Assembly: GCA_902765215.1 (NCBI GenBank)
Contig: CACWZA010000011.1
Location: 10,897-74,896 of the forward strand
Source: an uncultured bacterium
Lineage (GTDB): Bacteria; Cyanobacteriota; Vampirovibrionia; Gastranaerophilales; Gastranaerophilaceae
Direction: 5' to 3'
Length of the DNA stretch: 64,000 bases
Positions 45,968 to 55,594 of the stretch are shown here, in pieces (position 1 is the stretch's first letter; each line of letters opens with the position of its first letter). A model generated the notes under the pieces. That model had not been told where the DNA came from. It ran no database searches and saw only the letters and a list, made by a program, of their open reading frames with translations. Made by a program: the position numbers and the translations under genes.

Positions 45968-46288
45968 ATGAAAATAGGAGAGATTACAATAGTAAACGAG
46001 TTCACAGAAGAAAAAGCGTATGAGATTACAGATTTCCTGCAAAACAATTCGGACCGTATTAAGGGAATAGGGATTGAGGCTTTCAGCAGTACTGATAAGT
46101 CAATACCAGTACAGTTAAATTTTGTCAGGGAAGTAAAATATGTGTTAGAAACCATAAATGATTTTGATTCACAGATTCCAGGTTCTCTTGTTGCAGTATA
46201 TGGAGAAGAAATGAAAGAAGAAATCTATAAGATTGTTATAAAGTTTTTTGACGGGGAATTCTCTCTTTGTTCTCCTATTTTTGCATAA
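45968..46288 (+). CDS. Hypothetical protein (106 aa), island cargo
   Basis: SD aaaggag upstream and a terminator downstream. No recognisable domain. Confidence 0.6.
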   Translation: MKIGEITIVNEFTEEKAYEITDFLQNNSDRIKGIGIEAFSSTDKSIPVQLNFVREVKYVLETINDFDSQIPGSLVAVYGEEMKEEIYKIVIKFFDGEFSLCSPIFA

Positions 46289-46295
46289 TAAAGTA

Positions 46296-46329
46296 AAAAG
46301 CCCCGTTGTGAAATGGGGCATTATTTTTT
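46296..46329. terminator. Bidirectional rho-independent terminator
   Basis: aaaaagcccc-gttgtgaaat-ggggcattatttttt. Confidence 0.6.
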
Positions 46330-46516
46330 AGAAACCAATAGTATTTTTCAACTCTGTTGATTTCTTTATTTTAACCTCGTCTTTAAGCATTTTAATCAAT
46401 TCATACTTATCCGTTATCTTTAAGAAATCTGCTTTCTTTTTAACCGTAACAAAATCACCTGCGGTTAATCCCTTTATATTTATATCGGCATTTTTAATCT
46501 TAAAGAAATGGTACAT
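46328..46516 (-). CDS. Hypothetical protein (62 aa), island cargo
   Basis: ORF only; no recognisable domain. Confidence 0.35.
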   Translation of the reverse strand: MYHFFKIKNADINIKGLTAGDFVTVKKKADFLKITDKYELIKMLKDEVKIKKSTELKNTIGF

Positions 46517-46569
46517 TGCACGATTAGCCTGCTCAATAGTGAGGAAGTTAAATTTAATCTTAAATGTAA

Positions 46570-47097
46570 ACCGTCTTAGGAATCAATGAAAGAGATATAT
46601 TCATTGATAAATGTAGCGGTAAGGATTTTGACCGTCCACAATATCAGGCACTAAAACTTCAATTAAGGGAAGGGGATGTTCTTGTTATCAAATCAATAGA
46701 CCGTCTTGGAAGAAATTATAAACAGATTTGTAATGAATGGAGAGAGATTACCCGTGATATAAAAGCAAATATCAAAGTGATTGATATGCCTATACTTGAT
46801 ACCACAAGAACTGAGGGACTCATTGGGGAAGTTATATCTGATATAGTCTTGCAACTGCTCGGTTTTGTTGCTGAACAGGAAAGAGCCTTTATAAAACAAA
46901 GACAAGCAGAGGGGATTAAGTTAGCCAAAGAAAAAGGGAAAAGACTTGGAAAACCACCTATCGAATACCCTGTTAATTGGTCCGAAGTTTATACTATATG
47001 GAAATCAGGTTCAATTACTGCAAGAGAAGCAATGAGAAGAACAAACTTAAAACCTACTTCTTTTTACAAATTGGCAAAGAATTATAAAGTGGCATAA
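46570..47097 (+). pseudogene. 5'-truncated serine recombinase (resolvase/invertase family)
   Basis: The open frame begins right after stops at 46561-46569. TVLGINERDIFIDKCSGKDFDRPQYQALKLQLREGDVLVIKSIDRLGRN... aligns with Hin/Gin from about residue 30 onward. The N-terminal strand with the catalytic Ser (YxRVSTxxQ) is absent. A C-terminal HTH is present. The track only shows the GTG-started tail 46777-47097. Confidence 0.7.
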
Positions 47098-47113
47098 TCT
47101 TAGTATTTGTACA

Positions 47114-48424
47114 TTAAATTATAGAATTAAAATTTCCTATTGCATAGAGCGGAATATCATACAAATTATTATCGTTTAATTTATAATCTGCCAAAGATGT
47201 TCTGATTGAAATTTGTGGCTTATGTTCCTTAATAAAATTATTCAGACTCTTGGCTCTCAAATTTGTCGTAGATTTAACCTCAATAGGAATAATATTGCCT
47301 TCATGCTGTATAATATAATCTATTTCAGCCTGACTTCTTTCGTTTGTCCAATAATAAATCGGTAAATTCGGCATTGTCTTTAATTGTTGTAATACATACT
47401 GTTCTGAAAATGTTCCTTTAAATTCTTCAAAAACAGCATTCCCATCTATCAATGTTTTAGAATCAAGATTTGCCATTGCACCTAACAAACCCACGTCTAA
47501 TATATAAATTTTGAAAATATCAAAATCCTCATAAGCAATTAGAGGTAAATTAGGTTTTTTAACTCTGTGGACCATATAAATTAGACCGCTATCTCTTAAC
47601 CATGCCAACGCTAATTCAAAATCTTTTGCTCTTGCCCCTTTTTTTACGGCATTATATATAAATTTTTTGTTTTCTTTTGCAAGTTGACTCGGAATAGAAT
47701 GCCATAACATTCTTATTTTTTCCACGGTATTTGGCTGTATATGTTTTGAAAAATCCTGTTCGTAAGTTTCAAGAATAGTGTTTTGCTTATCTCTGACAGA
47801 ATTAAAATCGTGATTATTGACAAATTCATTTACAACGTCTGGCATACCACCTATGTATAAATATTGTTTTAACAAATACTCATAGTCATTTTTAAATGTT
47901 GAAACCGTATCAAATGCGTTATTTTTTATAGGTTCAATAAAACGTTCATTTCCTGTTGCCATTAAGAATTCCATAAAATCAAGCGGATAAAGTTTCAAAA
48001 ATTCAACTTTACCGACAGGAAAACCTGTTCCCTCGTGGTGAGCAACACCTAAATAACTCCCTGCTGCAATAATGTCATACTCGGGAGCATTTTCATTAAA
48101 ATATTTCAATGAAGTCAATGCTAACGGGCACTCTTGAACTTCGTCGAATATAATTAGAGTGTTTGCAGGTTCAATCTTGAATCCAACATTAAGACTTAAT
48201 TCTGTAATTATTTTTTCTGTATTAAAACCTTTGCTGAAAACTTGTTTAACGGTTTCATTTGTATCAAAAGTAATATAGGCAACATTTTTATAATACTGTT
48301 TACCGAATTCTTTCATTAACCACGTTTTACCGACTTGTCTTGCACCTTGCAGAATTAGTGGTTTATGATTTTTCTTATTTTTCCATGTTAATAATTCTTC
48401 TATTGCTTTTCTATACATGTTCAC
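47114..48424 (-). CDS. AAA-type ATPase of the AAA_14/DUF4143 family
   Basis: 436 aa. Walker A GARQVGKT and Walker B LIIFDEVQ. The overall pattern is typical of the widespread 'ATP-binding protein' family common on mobile elements. Confidence 0.8.
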   Translation of the reverse strand: MNMYRKAIEELLTWKNKKNHKPLILQGARQVGKTWLMKEFGKQYYKNVAYITFDTNETVKQVFSKGFNTEKIITELSLNVGFKIEPANTLIIFDEVQECPLALTSLKYFNENAPEYDIIAAGSYLGVAHHEGTGFPVGKVEFLKLYPLDFMEFLMATGNERFIEPIKNNAFDTVSTFKNDYEYLLKQYLYIGGMPDVVNEFVNNHDFNSVRDKQNTILETYEQDFSKHIQPNTVEKIRMLWHSIPSQLAKENKKFIYNAVKKGARAKDFELALAWLRDSGLIYMVHRVKKPNLPLIAYEDFDIFKIYILDVGLLGAMANLDSKTLIDGNAVFEEFKGTFSEQYVLQQLKTMPNLPIYYWTNERSQAEIDYIIQHEGNIIPIEVKSTTNLRAKSLNNFIKEHKPQISIRTSLADYKLNDNNLYDIPLYAIGNFNSII

Positions 48425-48449
48425 CTCAACTAAATTTTAGCACATTATT

Positions 48450-48528
48450 ACATTTTTTACAAGGAATATTTTGCCAAAACACACATTTTTTACAAGGAAC
48501 TTTTTGGTGAAATATACATTTTTTACAA
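48450..48528 (+). repeat. Three direct repeats at 33-bp spacing (iteron- or operator-like)
   Basis: acattttttacaagga occurs at 48450 and 48483, and acattttttacaa at 48516. They lie immediately upstream of the ATPase start codon. Confidence 0.55.
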
Positions 48529-48638
48529 TATAAGCATTAATATTTCAATAATTAATTATGCAATTATGATTCTTGACTATTTTATTATATTTGATAACTC
48601 AATAATATTATAAGGGCTTTTTAATTAGTCATTAGTCA

Positions 48639-48900
48639 CTAATAAATCAAATTGGGTGAAGTCATAAAACCTTGTTTTGCAGGAATAAATTCATTAGTAA
48701 AGCCCATTCTTATAATATTTCTTCCAAACCTCTGTTCAAGTTTATCTATTGCAAGTCCGAAATTCTCTTTTTGTTTTATACACAATATCTTCAAACAGGT
48801 TTAATTATTTATACTGCACACGGATAAAATCTTCTAATACTATTCCGATACTTCTGTATATTATATTAGGGTTAAACATACAGTCTAATAATTGAAATGT
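48639..48900 (-). pseudogene. Remnant of a Y-family DNA polymerase (DinB/UmuC-like) C-terminus
   Basis: Minus-strand translation reads ..YRSIGIVLEDFIRVQYK*LNLFEDIVYKTKRENFGLAIDKLEQRFGRNIIRMGF... This resembles the conserved Y-family tail (R.iGv....l ... q..LF ... aiD.i..rfG...i). It is interrupted by a stop and lacks the catalytic domains. Confidence 0.45.
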
Positions 48901-49306
48901 TGATTTAGATATATCAAATTCAAAATTAGTTGGTGTTTCTAATTAATGATATTGGAAATTTTGGACAATGTGCGGTCTTCGTGCGGTTTGTATGAAGTTG
49001 CACATAACTAAAACACAGTTATAGTCGCAAATTTTATTCAACAATTAGTCCTTCTTTTGTCGTTAAAATTACCGAAATTTTTAGAAATATTAACTTTTCT
49101 AACGATTTTTTCGTGTAAAATAAGCACGATTTCACTACCTTTGTGGATTTTCTGATTTCTTCCTCTTATCATATATATGTACATTAGCGGAGGTTTATTA
49201 AATCAAGTTATAAGTAGAAATTAACCGTAGGTTACACCAAAAGAAAGGTTAGATAACCCCTTAGTAGAATTTGTGCCTGAAATAGCACAACAAATTAATC
49301 GGCAAT

Positions 49307-50410
49307 ATGCCGAAAAAAAACGTCATAGTGCAGAATTCAAAGAAAGGAATAGCAACAAAAATGATAAAGAAAGAAAACAAAAGAGGCAATTTAAAGATAC
49401 ACTATATTGATCCCGATCAAGGCGACTTTTTGATGTTGCCTAAAGAACCTCTGTTATCAAACAGAGATTACGGATTGATGTCATTACAGGCATTGGGTCT
49501 GTACTATCGGTTGAGTTCTCTTCCTCCAAATTGGGAATACAATGACCGAGGAATGGCTATTATAAGTGGTTGTGGGGTCGATAAGGTTAAAACAGCAAGG
49601 AAAGAACTTGAAAAATTTGGATATTTTGAAAGTAAAAAACAAGAGAGAAACGATAAAGGACACTTCAAGCCTACACAGTATGTATTTAAACAATCTATTG
49701 ATAATACCTACCTGAAAGAATTCCCGTATGAAGAAGAACCGATTGCAGAAATTCCGTATGCCGAGAAAAACGCTCAATATAATACTATAAATAATAAAAA
49801 AAATAAACAAATAAAAGATATAAAAAAATATAATAATGCAGAAACAAGTTCCTGCAAGAATGATGAGGGTAGTTTAACTATTAATTATACTAAAGATGAA
49901 CCATGTAACCAGGATACATGTATACATGATTCACATGATACCTCAACCATTAGGAATAACATGATTCATGATTCCCATGGCAAAAATCAAAATCCAGATG
50001 AACAAACTGTAGATGGGGCGAAAATTTCAGACGGCAACATAAAGCCGAAGAAAAAGGAAACCAGAAGAAATCGTTTGACGCGACAAATCCACGACCAAAT
50101 AGATCAGGACTTTTCTAATGAGGAAATTCGGACAAACTTCAAAGATTTCATTTCAATGCTTGCCGAACAAGGTATTAGCACCACAATCGTGCAATACGAA
50201 CGTTTCAAACAAGACTTAGAAAAGTACAAAAATAATACCGACCGTGTTAAGGCACTTGATATTGCCATTAGTTATGGCAAGCCAAAACTAAATTATGATT
50301 TGAATAAAAAAACTAATTATCAAAAAACACCTAATAATAATTTGGTTGCAGACATCGATTATTATATTGATGAACAAGGTTTCTTTCATAGAAAGAAAAT
50401 CTCAGTATAA
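49307..50410 (+). CDS. Putative replication-initiation / replisome-organiser-like protein of the element
   Basis: 367 aa. The N-terminal ~120 aa (SLQALGLYYRLSSLPPNWEYNDRGMAIISGCGVDKVKTARKELEKFGYF) look like a winged-helix Rep/DnaD-type domain. The middle is low-complexity. The function call is tentative. Confidence 0.45.
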   Translation: MPKKNVIVQNSKKGIATKMIKKENKRGNLKIHYIDPDQGDFLMLPKEPLLSNRDYGLMSLQALGLYYRLSSLPPNWEYNDRGMAIISGCGVDKVKTARKELEKFGYFESKKQERNDKGHFKPTQYVFKQSIDNTYLKEFPYEEEPIAEIPYAEKNAQYNTINNKKNKQIKDIKKYNNAETSSCKNDEGSLTINYTKDEPCNQDTCIHDSHDTSTIRNNMIHDSHGKNQNPDEQTVDGAKISDGNIKPKKKETRRNRLTRQIHDQIDQDFSNEEIRTNFKDFISMLAEQGISTTIVQYERFKQDLEKYKNNTDRVKALDIAISYGKPKLNYDLNKKTNYQKTPNNNLVADIDYYIDEQGFFHRKKISV

Positions 50411-50578
50411 TATTTTGGAAACAAAAAAATAAAGGAAACCTAAAATGATGAGAAAAAAGATAAAAAAATGGGTAATACCCCAAAGCAACAGTTAAATAAA
50501 TAAAACAAATAGATAGTAATAACGTGGGTTGGAATTAAGAAACTTACCACGGTGAAGAAATAATAGAAAGGGTAAGAA

Positions 50579-50806
50579 ATGGAAGAACTTATTTCCAACA
50601 ACGACTTCTGCAATGATGCAGATACAAGAAACACCGTAACATTAAAAGAAGCAGCCGATATATTAGGTTTAAAATATCATACTGCAAGAAACCTAATGTT
50701 GAATAATTCAAAAATCGGATATATAGATTACGGTTGTAAAAGATTGTGGTTAAGGGATGAAGTAGTGAAATACAAAATAGAGCATTACAACCGCCCTAAT
50801 GAATAA
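50579..50806 (+). CDS. Excisionase-like HTH DNA-binding protein
   Basis: 75 aa. VTLKEAADILGLKYHTARNLMLNN ... RLWLRDEVVKY is an MerR/Xis-type HTH_17 pattern. It lies directly upstream of the integrase. Confidence 0.65.
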   Translation: MEELISNNDFCNDADTRNTVTLKEAADILGLKYHTARNLMLNNSKIGYIDYGCKRLWLRDEVVKYKIEHYNRPNE

Positions 50807-50983
50807 GTTGGGGGACCGTAGGTACTAATGCCATAGTTATATAACTATGCAATATTAGTACCTGCCAAGCAAAACTTCATTGATAGGGAAGTAGATTAGA
50901 ACAAAAAATAAATACGGTTGAAATAACGATGGTACCGCGTTAATGTCTTCCGTATTGAAATATAAATAAAAAGGAGAAAAATT

Positions 50984-52141
50984 ATGTCAGTAGGTAAATA
51001 CTTCACAAATAAAGCAAAAACAAAAAGTAAATGGTGGTTTGTAACAAGAGTAAAAACAGGTGAATTTGACAGATTCGGAAATCCAATAACAAGGCAAATT
51101 CGTAAAAAAGGATTTGCTACAAGAGAAAAAGCAAAAGAAGCAGAAAGAAAATTCCTGAATGATTACGACAATAATAAGGTTGAAACAAATAAAGATTTAA
51201 CTCTTGGTGATATATCTCAATTATTCTTTGACTACATTGAAAATGAAGGTCAATATGCCAAAAGTACAATCTATAACTATAGAGTCTACTATAATAAGTA
51301 TATAAAAGAACCACTTGGGAATATTCCTATCTCAAAACTATCATTTGATATAGTGCAGAAGTTCTTCAGGAAACTATATAATGGCGTATCGGTACATGTG
51401 TATAATCATTGCCTTAAATTCGTAAAAAGAGCCTTCAATTATGCGATTGAAATAGATAAGATTGCGGTAAATCCTTTCACTAAAATTAAACCGTTAAGAT
51501 GTGAAGATAAGGTCAGAAACCGTTTCTCTGTAGAAGAGATGAAGATTGTAATGGAAAAGTGTAAAAAAATAATGCCTGAATTCTACTGCATATTGGTGTT
51601 AGGGGCAATGACAGGTATGAGATTAGGTGAGTATTCGGCACTCCGCCCAAATGACATAAAACCAAAAGGAAATCACTATGCTGTTTATGTATGCAAGCAA
51701 ATAACCAAAAACGAATATAAGAATGAACTTAAAACAAAAAAGTCAAGAAGAGTGGTAGATATATCTGATAATGTGTATGAAATAATTCAATGGCATATTA
51801 GAAAATATAACATTGCTAATGATAACTTTTTATTCAAAACCAGTACGGGTAGAATGTTATATCCAAAATGGGTACAAAGAAGATTTGAGAGATTACTTGA
51901 AATTTGTGGTTATCCTGAAAAATATATGAGAGTTCACGACTTGCGTGGTCAGTATGTTGATTTTATGCATTTATGCGGTGTACCTACGGTTTATATTGCT
52001 CAACAGGTGGGGCATAGTGACGAGAAAGTAACATATAGGACATATACTCAAATCCTGAATGAACTCCCTGAAGGTGCTAACAGAAAATTGGATAGTTTAA
52101 TCTTCGGACCAAAAGAAGATAATGAAGAAAATAAATCTTAA
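50984..52141 (+). CDS. Tyrosine-type site-specific integrase
   Basis: 385 aa. R (GMRLGE), HDLRG and GH...TYRTYTQ (catalytic Tyr) motifs plus an N-terminal SAM-like/arm-binding region. Adjacent to tRNA-Glu. Confidence 0.9.
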   Translation: MSVGKYFTNKAKTKSKWWFVTRVKTGEFDRFGNPITRQIRKKGFATREKAKEAERKFLNDYDNNKVETNKDLTLGDISQLFFDYIENEGQYAKSTIYNYRVYYNKYIKEPLGNIPISKLSFDIVQKFFRKLYNGVSVHVYNHCLKFVKRAFNYAIEIDKIAVNPFTKIKPLRCEDKVRNRFSVEEMKIVMEKCKKIMPEFYCILVLGAMTGMRLGEYSALRPNDIKPKGNHYAVYVCKQITKNEYKNELKTKKSRRVVDISDNVYEIIQWHIRKYNIANDNFLFKTSTGRMLYPKWVQRRFERLLEICGYPEKYMRVHDLRGQYVDFMHLCGVPTVYIAQQVGHSDEKVTYRTYTQILNELPEGANRKLDSLIFGPKEDNEENKS

Positions 52142-52383
52142 ATCTGTCCCCTCTGTCACGCCCACGATCGCATTTAAAAGATTTCCGTGTGAAATATATC
52201 CTCTTGATACTTAAGAATGTGACACGGTCCGTGTGGGTACCGTAAGAATTAATTATAAATATAATTAGATCTCAATTCTATGATTTTGTCATAAACCGAT
52301 AATTCAATTAAGAGTTTTAGGTTTTTCTTTGTTAATACTTGTTTAAGTATGTAAGCATTTATTAATTTTCTATTACAATTTTT

Positions 52384-52406
52384 TTGTGACCAATTTTGTG
52401 ACCACT
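52384..52406 (+). repeat. Arm-type site candidate (right arm)
   Basis: ttgtgaccaattttgtgaccact is the same as 45606-45627 with one extra T. It lies about 140 bp inside the att repeat. Confidence 0.5.
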
Positions 52407-52550
52407 ACAGTAAAAATAGGGCAAAAAACAGAAAAATAAGAAAGTTAAAAGGCAATAGAATCAACTCTTTTCAATACATACACCCTAAAAAACCTTATGT
52501 GCTAACGATTTGCATTAAAAAAGAGGGCTGAAACCCTCTTTTTATTTATA

Positions 52551-52626
52551 TGGTACCCCCAAGCGAATTCGAATCGCTGTCTACACCGTGAAAGGGTGTT
52601 GTCCTAGGCCTCTAGACGATGGGGGC
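52551..52626 (-). tRNA. tRNA-Glu (anticodon UUC), CCA encoded
   Basis: Reverse complement: GCCCCCATCGTCTAGAGGCCTAGGACAACACCCTTTCACGGTGTAGACAGCGATTCGAATTCGCTTGGGGGTACCA. It has the GTCTAGAGGCCTAGGAC D arm, anticodon stem ACACC/GGTGT with loop CTTTCAC, and T arm AGCGA-TTCGAAT-TCGCT. Confidence 0.9.
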
Positions 52627-52642
52627 TTACTGACATAAGTAT

Positions 52643-52670
52643 ATTGTACTTAGTCAAAATTTTATGTCAA
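52643..52670 (-). promoter_or_regulatory. Sigma-70-type promoter for tRNA-Glu
   Basis: On the minus strand, TTGACA (52665-52670), 16 nt, then TACAAT (52643-52648), 16 nt upstream of the tRNA 5' end. Confidence 0.55.
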
Positions 52671-52760
52671 GCAATCTTTTCCTCTTACCCTATCCCCAAA
52701 ATTCACCAATATACCCTCATATCACCGATTTTTCTATGTAAAGCTTTGTTAATACGCAAT

Positions 52761-52788
52761 TTGACAATATCAGAAAAAAGTGTATAAT
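52761..52788 (+). promoter_or_regulatory. Near-consensus sigma-70 promoter with extended -10
   Basis: TTGACA (52761-52766), 16 nt, then TG-TATAAT (52781-52788). Confidence 0.6.
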
Positions 52789-52836
52789 CATGTCTAACGA
52801 ACAATGAAATTTAAATAATGATTGGGGAAAATCTAT

Positions 52837-52962
52837 ATGATTACGGGTATTATTACAACAGGTTTTATCTTCACGGCAATACTACTGTGCAACAGCATTT
52901 CAATTGACAACAACACTGCTCCGCTGCCTGTATATTGTCGGGATGACGATGAATTATGTTAA
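52837..52962 (+). CDS. Possible 41-aa hydrophobic, Cys-containing peptide
   Basis: My translation: MITGIITTGFIFTAILLCNSISIDNNTAPLPVYCRDDDELC. SD gggga upstream. It lies about 45 nt downstream of the consensus promoter. About 135 nt of untranslated RNA follow before the terminator at 53098-53125. Confidence 0.35.
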   Translation: MITGIITTGFIFTAILLCNSISIDNNTAPLPVYCRDDDELC

Positions 52963-53097
52963 AATGACCTCCAAAGGTCAACCAACCTCAACATGACCCT
53001 AACATCAGTTTGGTATTCACTTACTATGGAGCAGGTCTCAGCGAAACAAACTTACTTGCCAAACGGATGTTCAAAACTAGACTAACAACACAAACTA

Positions 53098-53125
53098 AAG
53101 GATTACACAACCGTGTAATCCTTTT
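53098..53125 (+). terminator. Rho-independent terminator
   Basis: aggattacac-aacc-gtgtaatccttttt. Confidence 0.6.
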
Positions 53126-53136
53126 TGCGTTTATAC

Positions 53137-54000
53137 CTATCTTATGAGTTTCAAAGCCAGCTCATCAAATATTGTATCAGGTTTCATTTTCAACGGAAGT
53201 TCTTTTTTCGATAACTCAACAGATCTTATATCATCAACCAAAAACCGTTGACCAGGGTTACTCTTCAAAACCCCCAACATATAATTCTGCATCTGTTCCA
53301 AAACAACCTCAGCCCCATTCTCGTCTGCCGCCGTCATAAGCCGTTCAGAAAAATCAAACGCCTCAGCACGCGGGATTTCCCAATAATTAGCAATAACCTT
53401 CTCTACCTTGTCATAACTGAAATCTGCCCGCTCTTTTGTCGGAACATAAAAACACTGCGAACGGGATACAATCGTAGATATCAAATCTTCTCTATCTCTA
53501 GCCAAAAATATAAAAGTGACATTTTCAAACGGTTCTTCCGTTGATTTAAGCAATGTATTAGCAGACTCTTCACCAAAATTAAACCTGTTCAAACCCTGTA
53601 TCTTTGCACCATCCTCGTCAGAATCTTTGTCACAGAAGATAAAAACCTTGTGATAATCGTTTGATATAACCAACGATTTTACGATAGAACGGACAACCTC
53701 TACAGGAATACTCTGTTTTGCTTTCGATTTTGAATCCTGATGAAAACGCGTGATAGTCTGCACCCCTGGATGTTTACCCTCTCGTATCCATTTACAGTTT
53801 AAACACTGACAATTATCAGACCTGTCACCGGTACAATTCAATAACCTCGCAATCTCTAATGCCAATGTGTACTGAGAGTCCAAATCGTTGCCATATAACA
53901 ATATACTGTGCGACAACCGTTTCTGTGATGAATCAGCACCCACCCCGATTGCGGTCTCAAAAAAGTTTGTCAAAAACGGATATTTATCTGATAACAGCAT
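53137..54000 (-). CDS. holB: DNA polymerase III delta' subunit
   Basis: 287 aa. HSILLYG, a degenerate P-loop, and the Zn module C..C..C..C followed by GKHPGV. Confidence 0.8.
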   Translation of the reverse strand: MLLSDKYPFLTNFFETAIGVGADSSQKRLSHSILLYGNDLDSQYTLALEIARLLNCTGDRSDNCQCLNCKWIREGKHPGVQTITRFHQDSKSKAKQSIPVEVVRSIVKSLVISNDYHKVFIFCDKDSDEDGAKIQGLNRFNFGEESANTLLKSTEEPFENVTFIFLARDREDLISTIVSRSQCFYVPTKERADFSYDKVEKVIANYWEIPRAEAFDFSERLMTAADENGAEVVLEQMQNYMLGVLKSNPGQRFLVDDIRSVELSKKELPLKMKPDTIFDELALKLIR

Positions 54001-54988
54001 TCTCTAATTCCTCCTCCGGACTAAAAGTCTTACCCGTTTTTATCCTGTACTCAGCCTCAGTTATATTCTCTCTTAACTCGATTAAACTCTTAACTTTTAT
54101 ATTCCTCATAGCATCCAATGCCAGCTTGACACGGTACTCATGAACCCGTCCCAGTCGTTCGCCAATCTCTTTGTTACTCATCTTACCCGCGTTCAGCTTC
54201 ATAAAAATCCACTGTTTTAACATTGTCTGCAACGGAACAATTATCTCGAGCGGATATTTCGTTATCAATAACCTTCTCAATTCCAAGAGCGCCTCGCCCT
54301 TTTTCCCAGTCATAAGATAATTAGTCAGATTGAATAAATCCTCAGTCGCAGAACAGATTTCTTCAACCATAGACTTTGTTATAGTCGTTTCAGGATGAGC
54401 ATACACCCCGAGCTTGTCTAACTCAACATCATAAGCTCTTAAATTATTACCCTTACTGTCTATCAGCGCCTCAATACCGTCCTGAGTTATTTTTAACTTT
54501 TTACTCTTTGCCATGGATGAAATAATATTGCCCAACTCTGCGCGCTTAAACGCAGGAATCGAAGTAAACTGCTGAGATACATACTTAGACAAAACCTTAA
54601 AAATTTTTCTGCGGGAATCGGGACTTTTCTTTTTATCATCTTTCGCGTATTTTTCAACAAAAAATATATCCACAGTATCTGCGTTGTTTTCCATATTCCC
54701 GTCTAATGCCGACTCAATCTCTGCAATCTGTTTATCGTCTAACGATACCGACAAAAGGCTCTCGGACTTAACTGAAGTTCCGCACAAAGAATGAGTGTTA
54801 ATAACAATCATCATTTTCCCGAACATCATCGGCTGAGTTTTCAAAACGGTTATTAAATCGCCAAACTCTAATTTGTCATATACGGCATAATTCATCTCAG
54901 AAAAGTTCTTATCAAGCTTCTGTCTGAACTTTTCTAACTCTTTATCTATCAGATAATCTTCATCACCGTAGAAAAAATACACGCCCAT
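53984..54988 (-). CDS. holA: DNA polymerase III delta subunit
   Basis: 334 aa. The YFFYGDEDYLI N-terminus, length and helical C-terminal domain are typical of HolA. Overlaps holB by 17 nt. Confidence 0.8.
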   Translation of the reverse strand: MGVYFFYGDEDYLIDKELEKFRQKLDKNFSEMNYAVYDKLEFGDLITVLKTQPMMFGKMMIVINTHSLCGTSVKSESLLSVSLDDKQIAEIESALDGNMENNADTVDIFFVEKYAKDDKKKSPDSRRKIFKVLSKYVSQQFTSIPAFKRAELGNIISSMAKSKKLKITQDGIEALIDSKGNNLRAYDVELDKLGVYAHPETTITKSMVEEICSATEDLFNLTNYLMTGKKGEALLELRRLLITKYPLEIIVPLQTMLKQWIFMKLNAGKMSNKEIGERLGRVHEYRVKLALDAMRNIKVKSLIELRENITEAEYRIKTGKTFSPEEELENAVIR

Positions 54989-55127
54989 ACTCTTAGTATA
55001 GTAAGAACAAATAGAAAAGTAAATTATTGCTCAGGGGTAAATATATAATTAACCCTCACCCGCGGATAGGTTATTTTTTCATTTACCCCCGATAAACAAT
55101 TATTTATTTTTATAATAAAATATAACC

Positions 55128-55577
55128 ATGGGCAGAAAGATAATACACACAAACAGAAAAGCTTTCCACGACTATACAATCCACGAAAAATATATAGCGG
55201 GAATCGTCTTAACAGGTACTGAAATCAAATCCGTCAGGAAAAATGCAGTGAACCTGAAGGATAGCTTTGCCCGTGTAGAAAAAGGCGAAGTCTGGCTGTA
55301 CGGCTGTCATATATCACCCTACGAACAGGGAAACCGTTATAACCATAAACCCGACAGAGTCCGCAAACTGCTCCTGAACAGAAAAGAAATCCTTAAACTG
55401 GAAATAAAAATCAAAAAAGAAAGTTATACCATAGTTCCGTTAGAAATGTTCTTCCAAAACGGACTGGCTAAACTGGAAATAGCACTCGCTAAAGGTAAAA
55501 AACTCTACGATAAAAGAGAAAGTATCGCCAAAAAAGACCAGACAAGAGATATCCAACGACAAATGAAACGCGGATAG
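55128..55577 (+). CDS. smpB: SsrA-binding protein
   Basis: 149 aa. NRKAFHDY, GIVLTGTEIKS, W.L..CHISPYE and RKLLL.RKEI motifs. Confidence 0.93.
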   Translation: MGRKIIHTNRKAFHDYTIHEKYIAGIVLTGTEIKSVRKNAVNLKDSFARVEKGEVWLYGCHISPYEQGNRYNHKPDRVRKLLLNRKEILKLEIKIKKESYTIVPLEMFFQNGLAKLEIALAKGKKLYDKRESIAKKDQTRDIQRQMKRG

Positions 55578-55594
55578 GGGGTAAATGTAGTTAC

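Larger units (their letters stand above)
45445..52596 (-). mobile_element. 7.15-kb integrative element in the 3' half of tRNA-Glu (tyrosine integrase, Xis-like HTH, Rep-like protein, decayed cargo)
   Basis: Exact 50-bp direct repeats lie at both ends. The integrase and excisionase-like genes are next to the intact tRNA. Arm-type repeats lie inside both ends. Cargo includes a 5'-truncated serine recombinase and a Y-family polymerase remnant. Confidence 0.85.
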
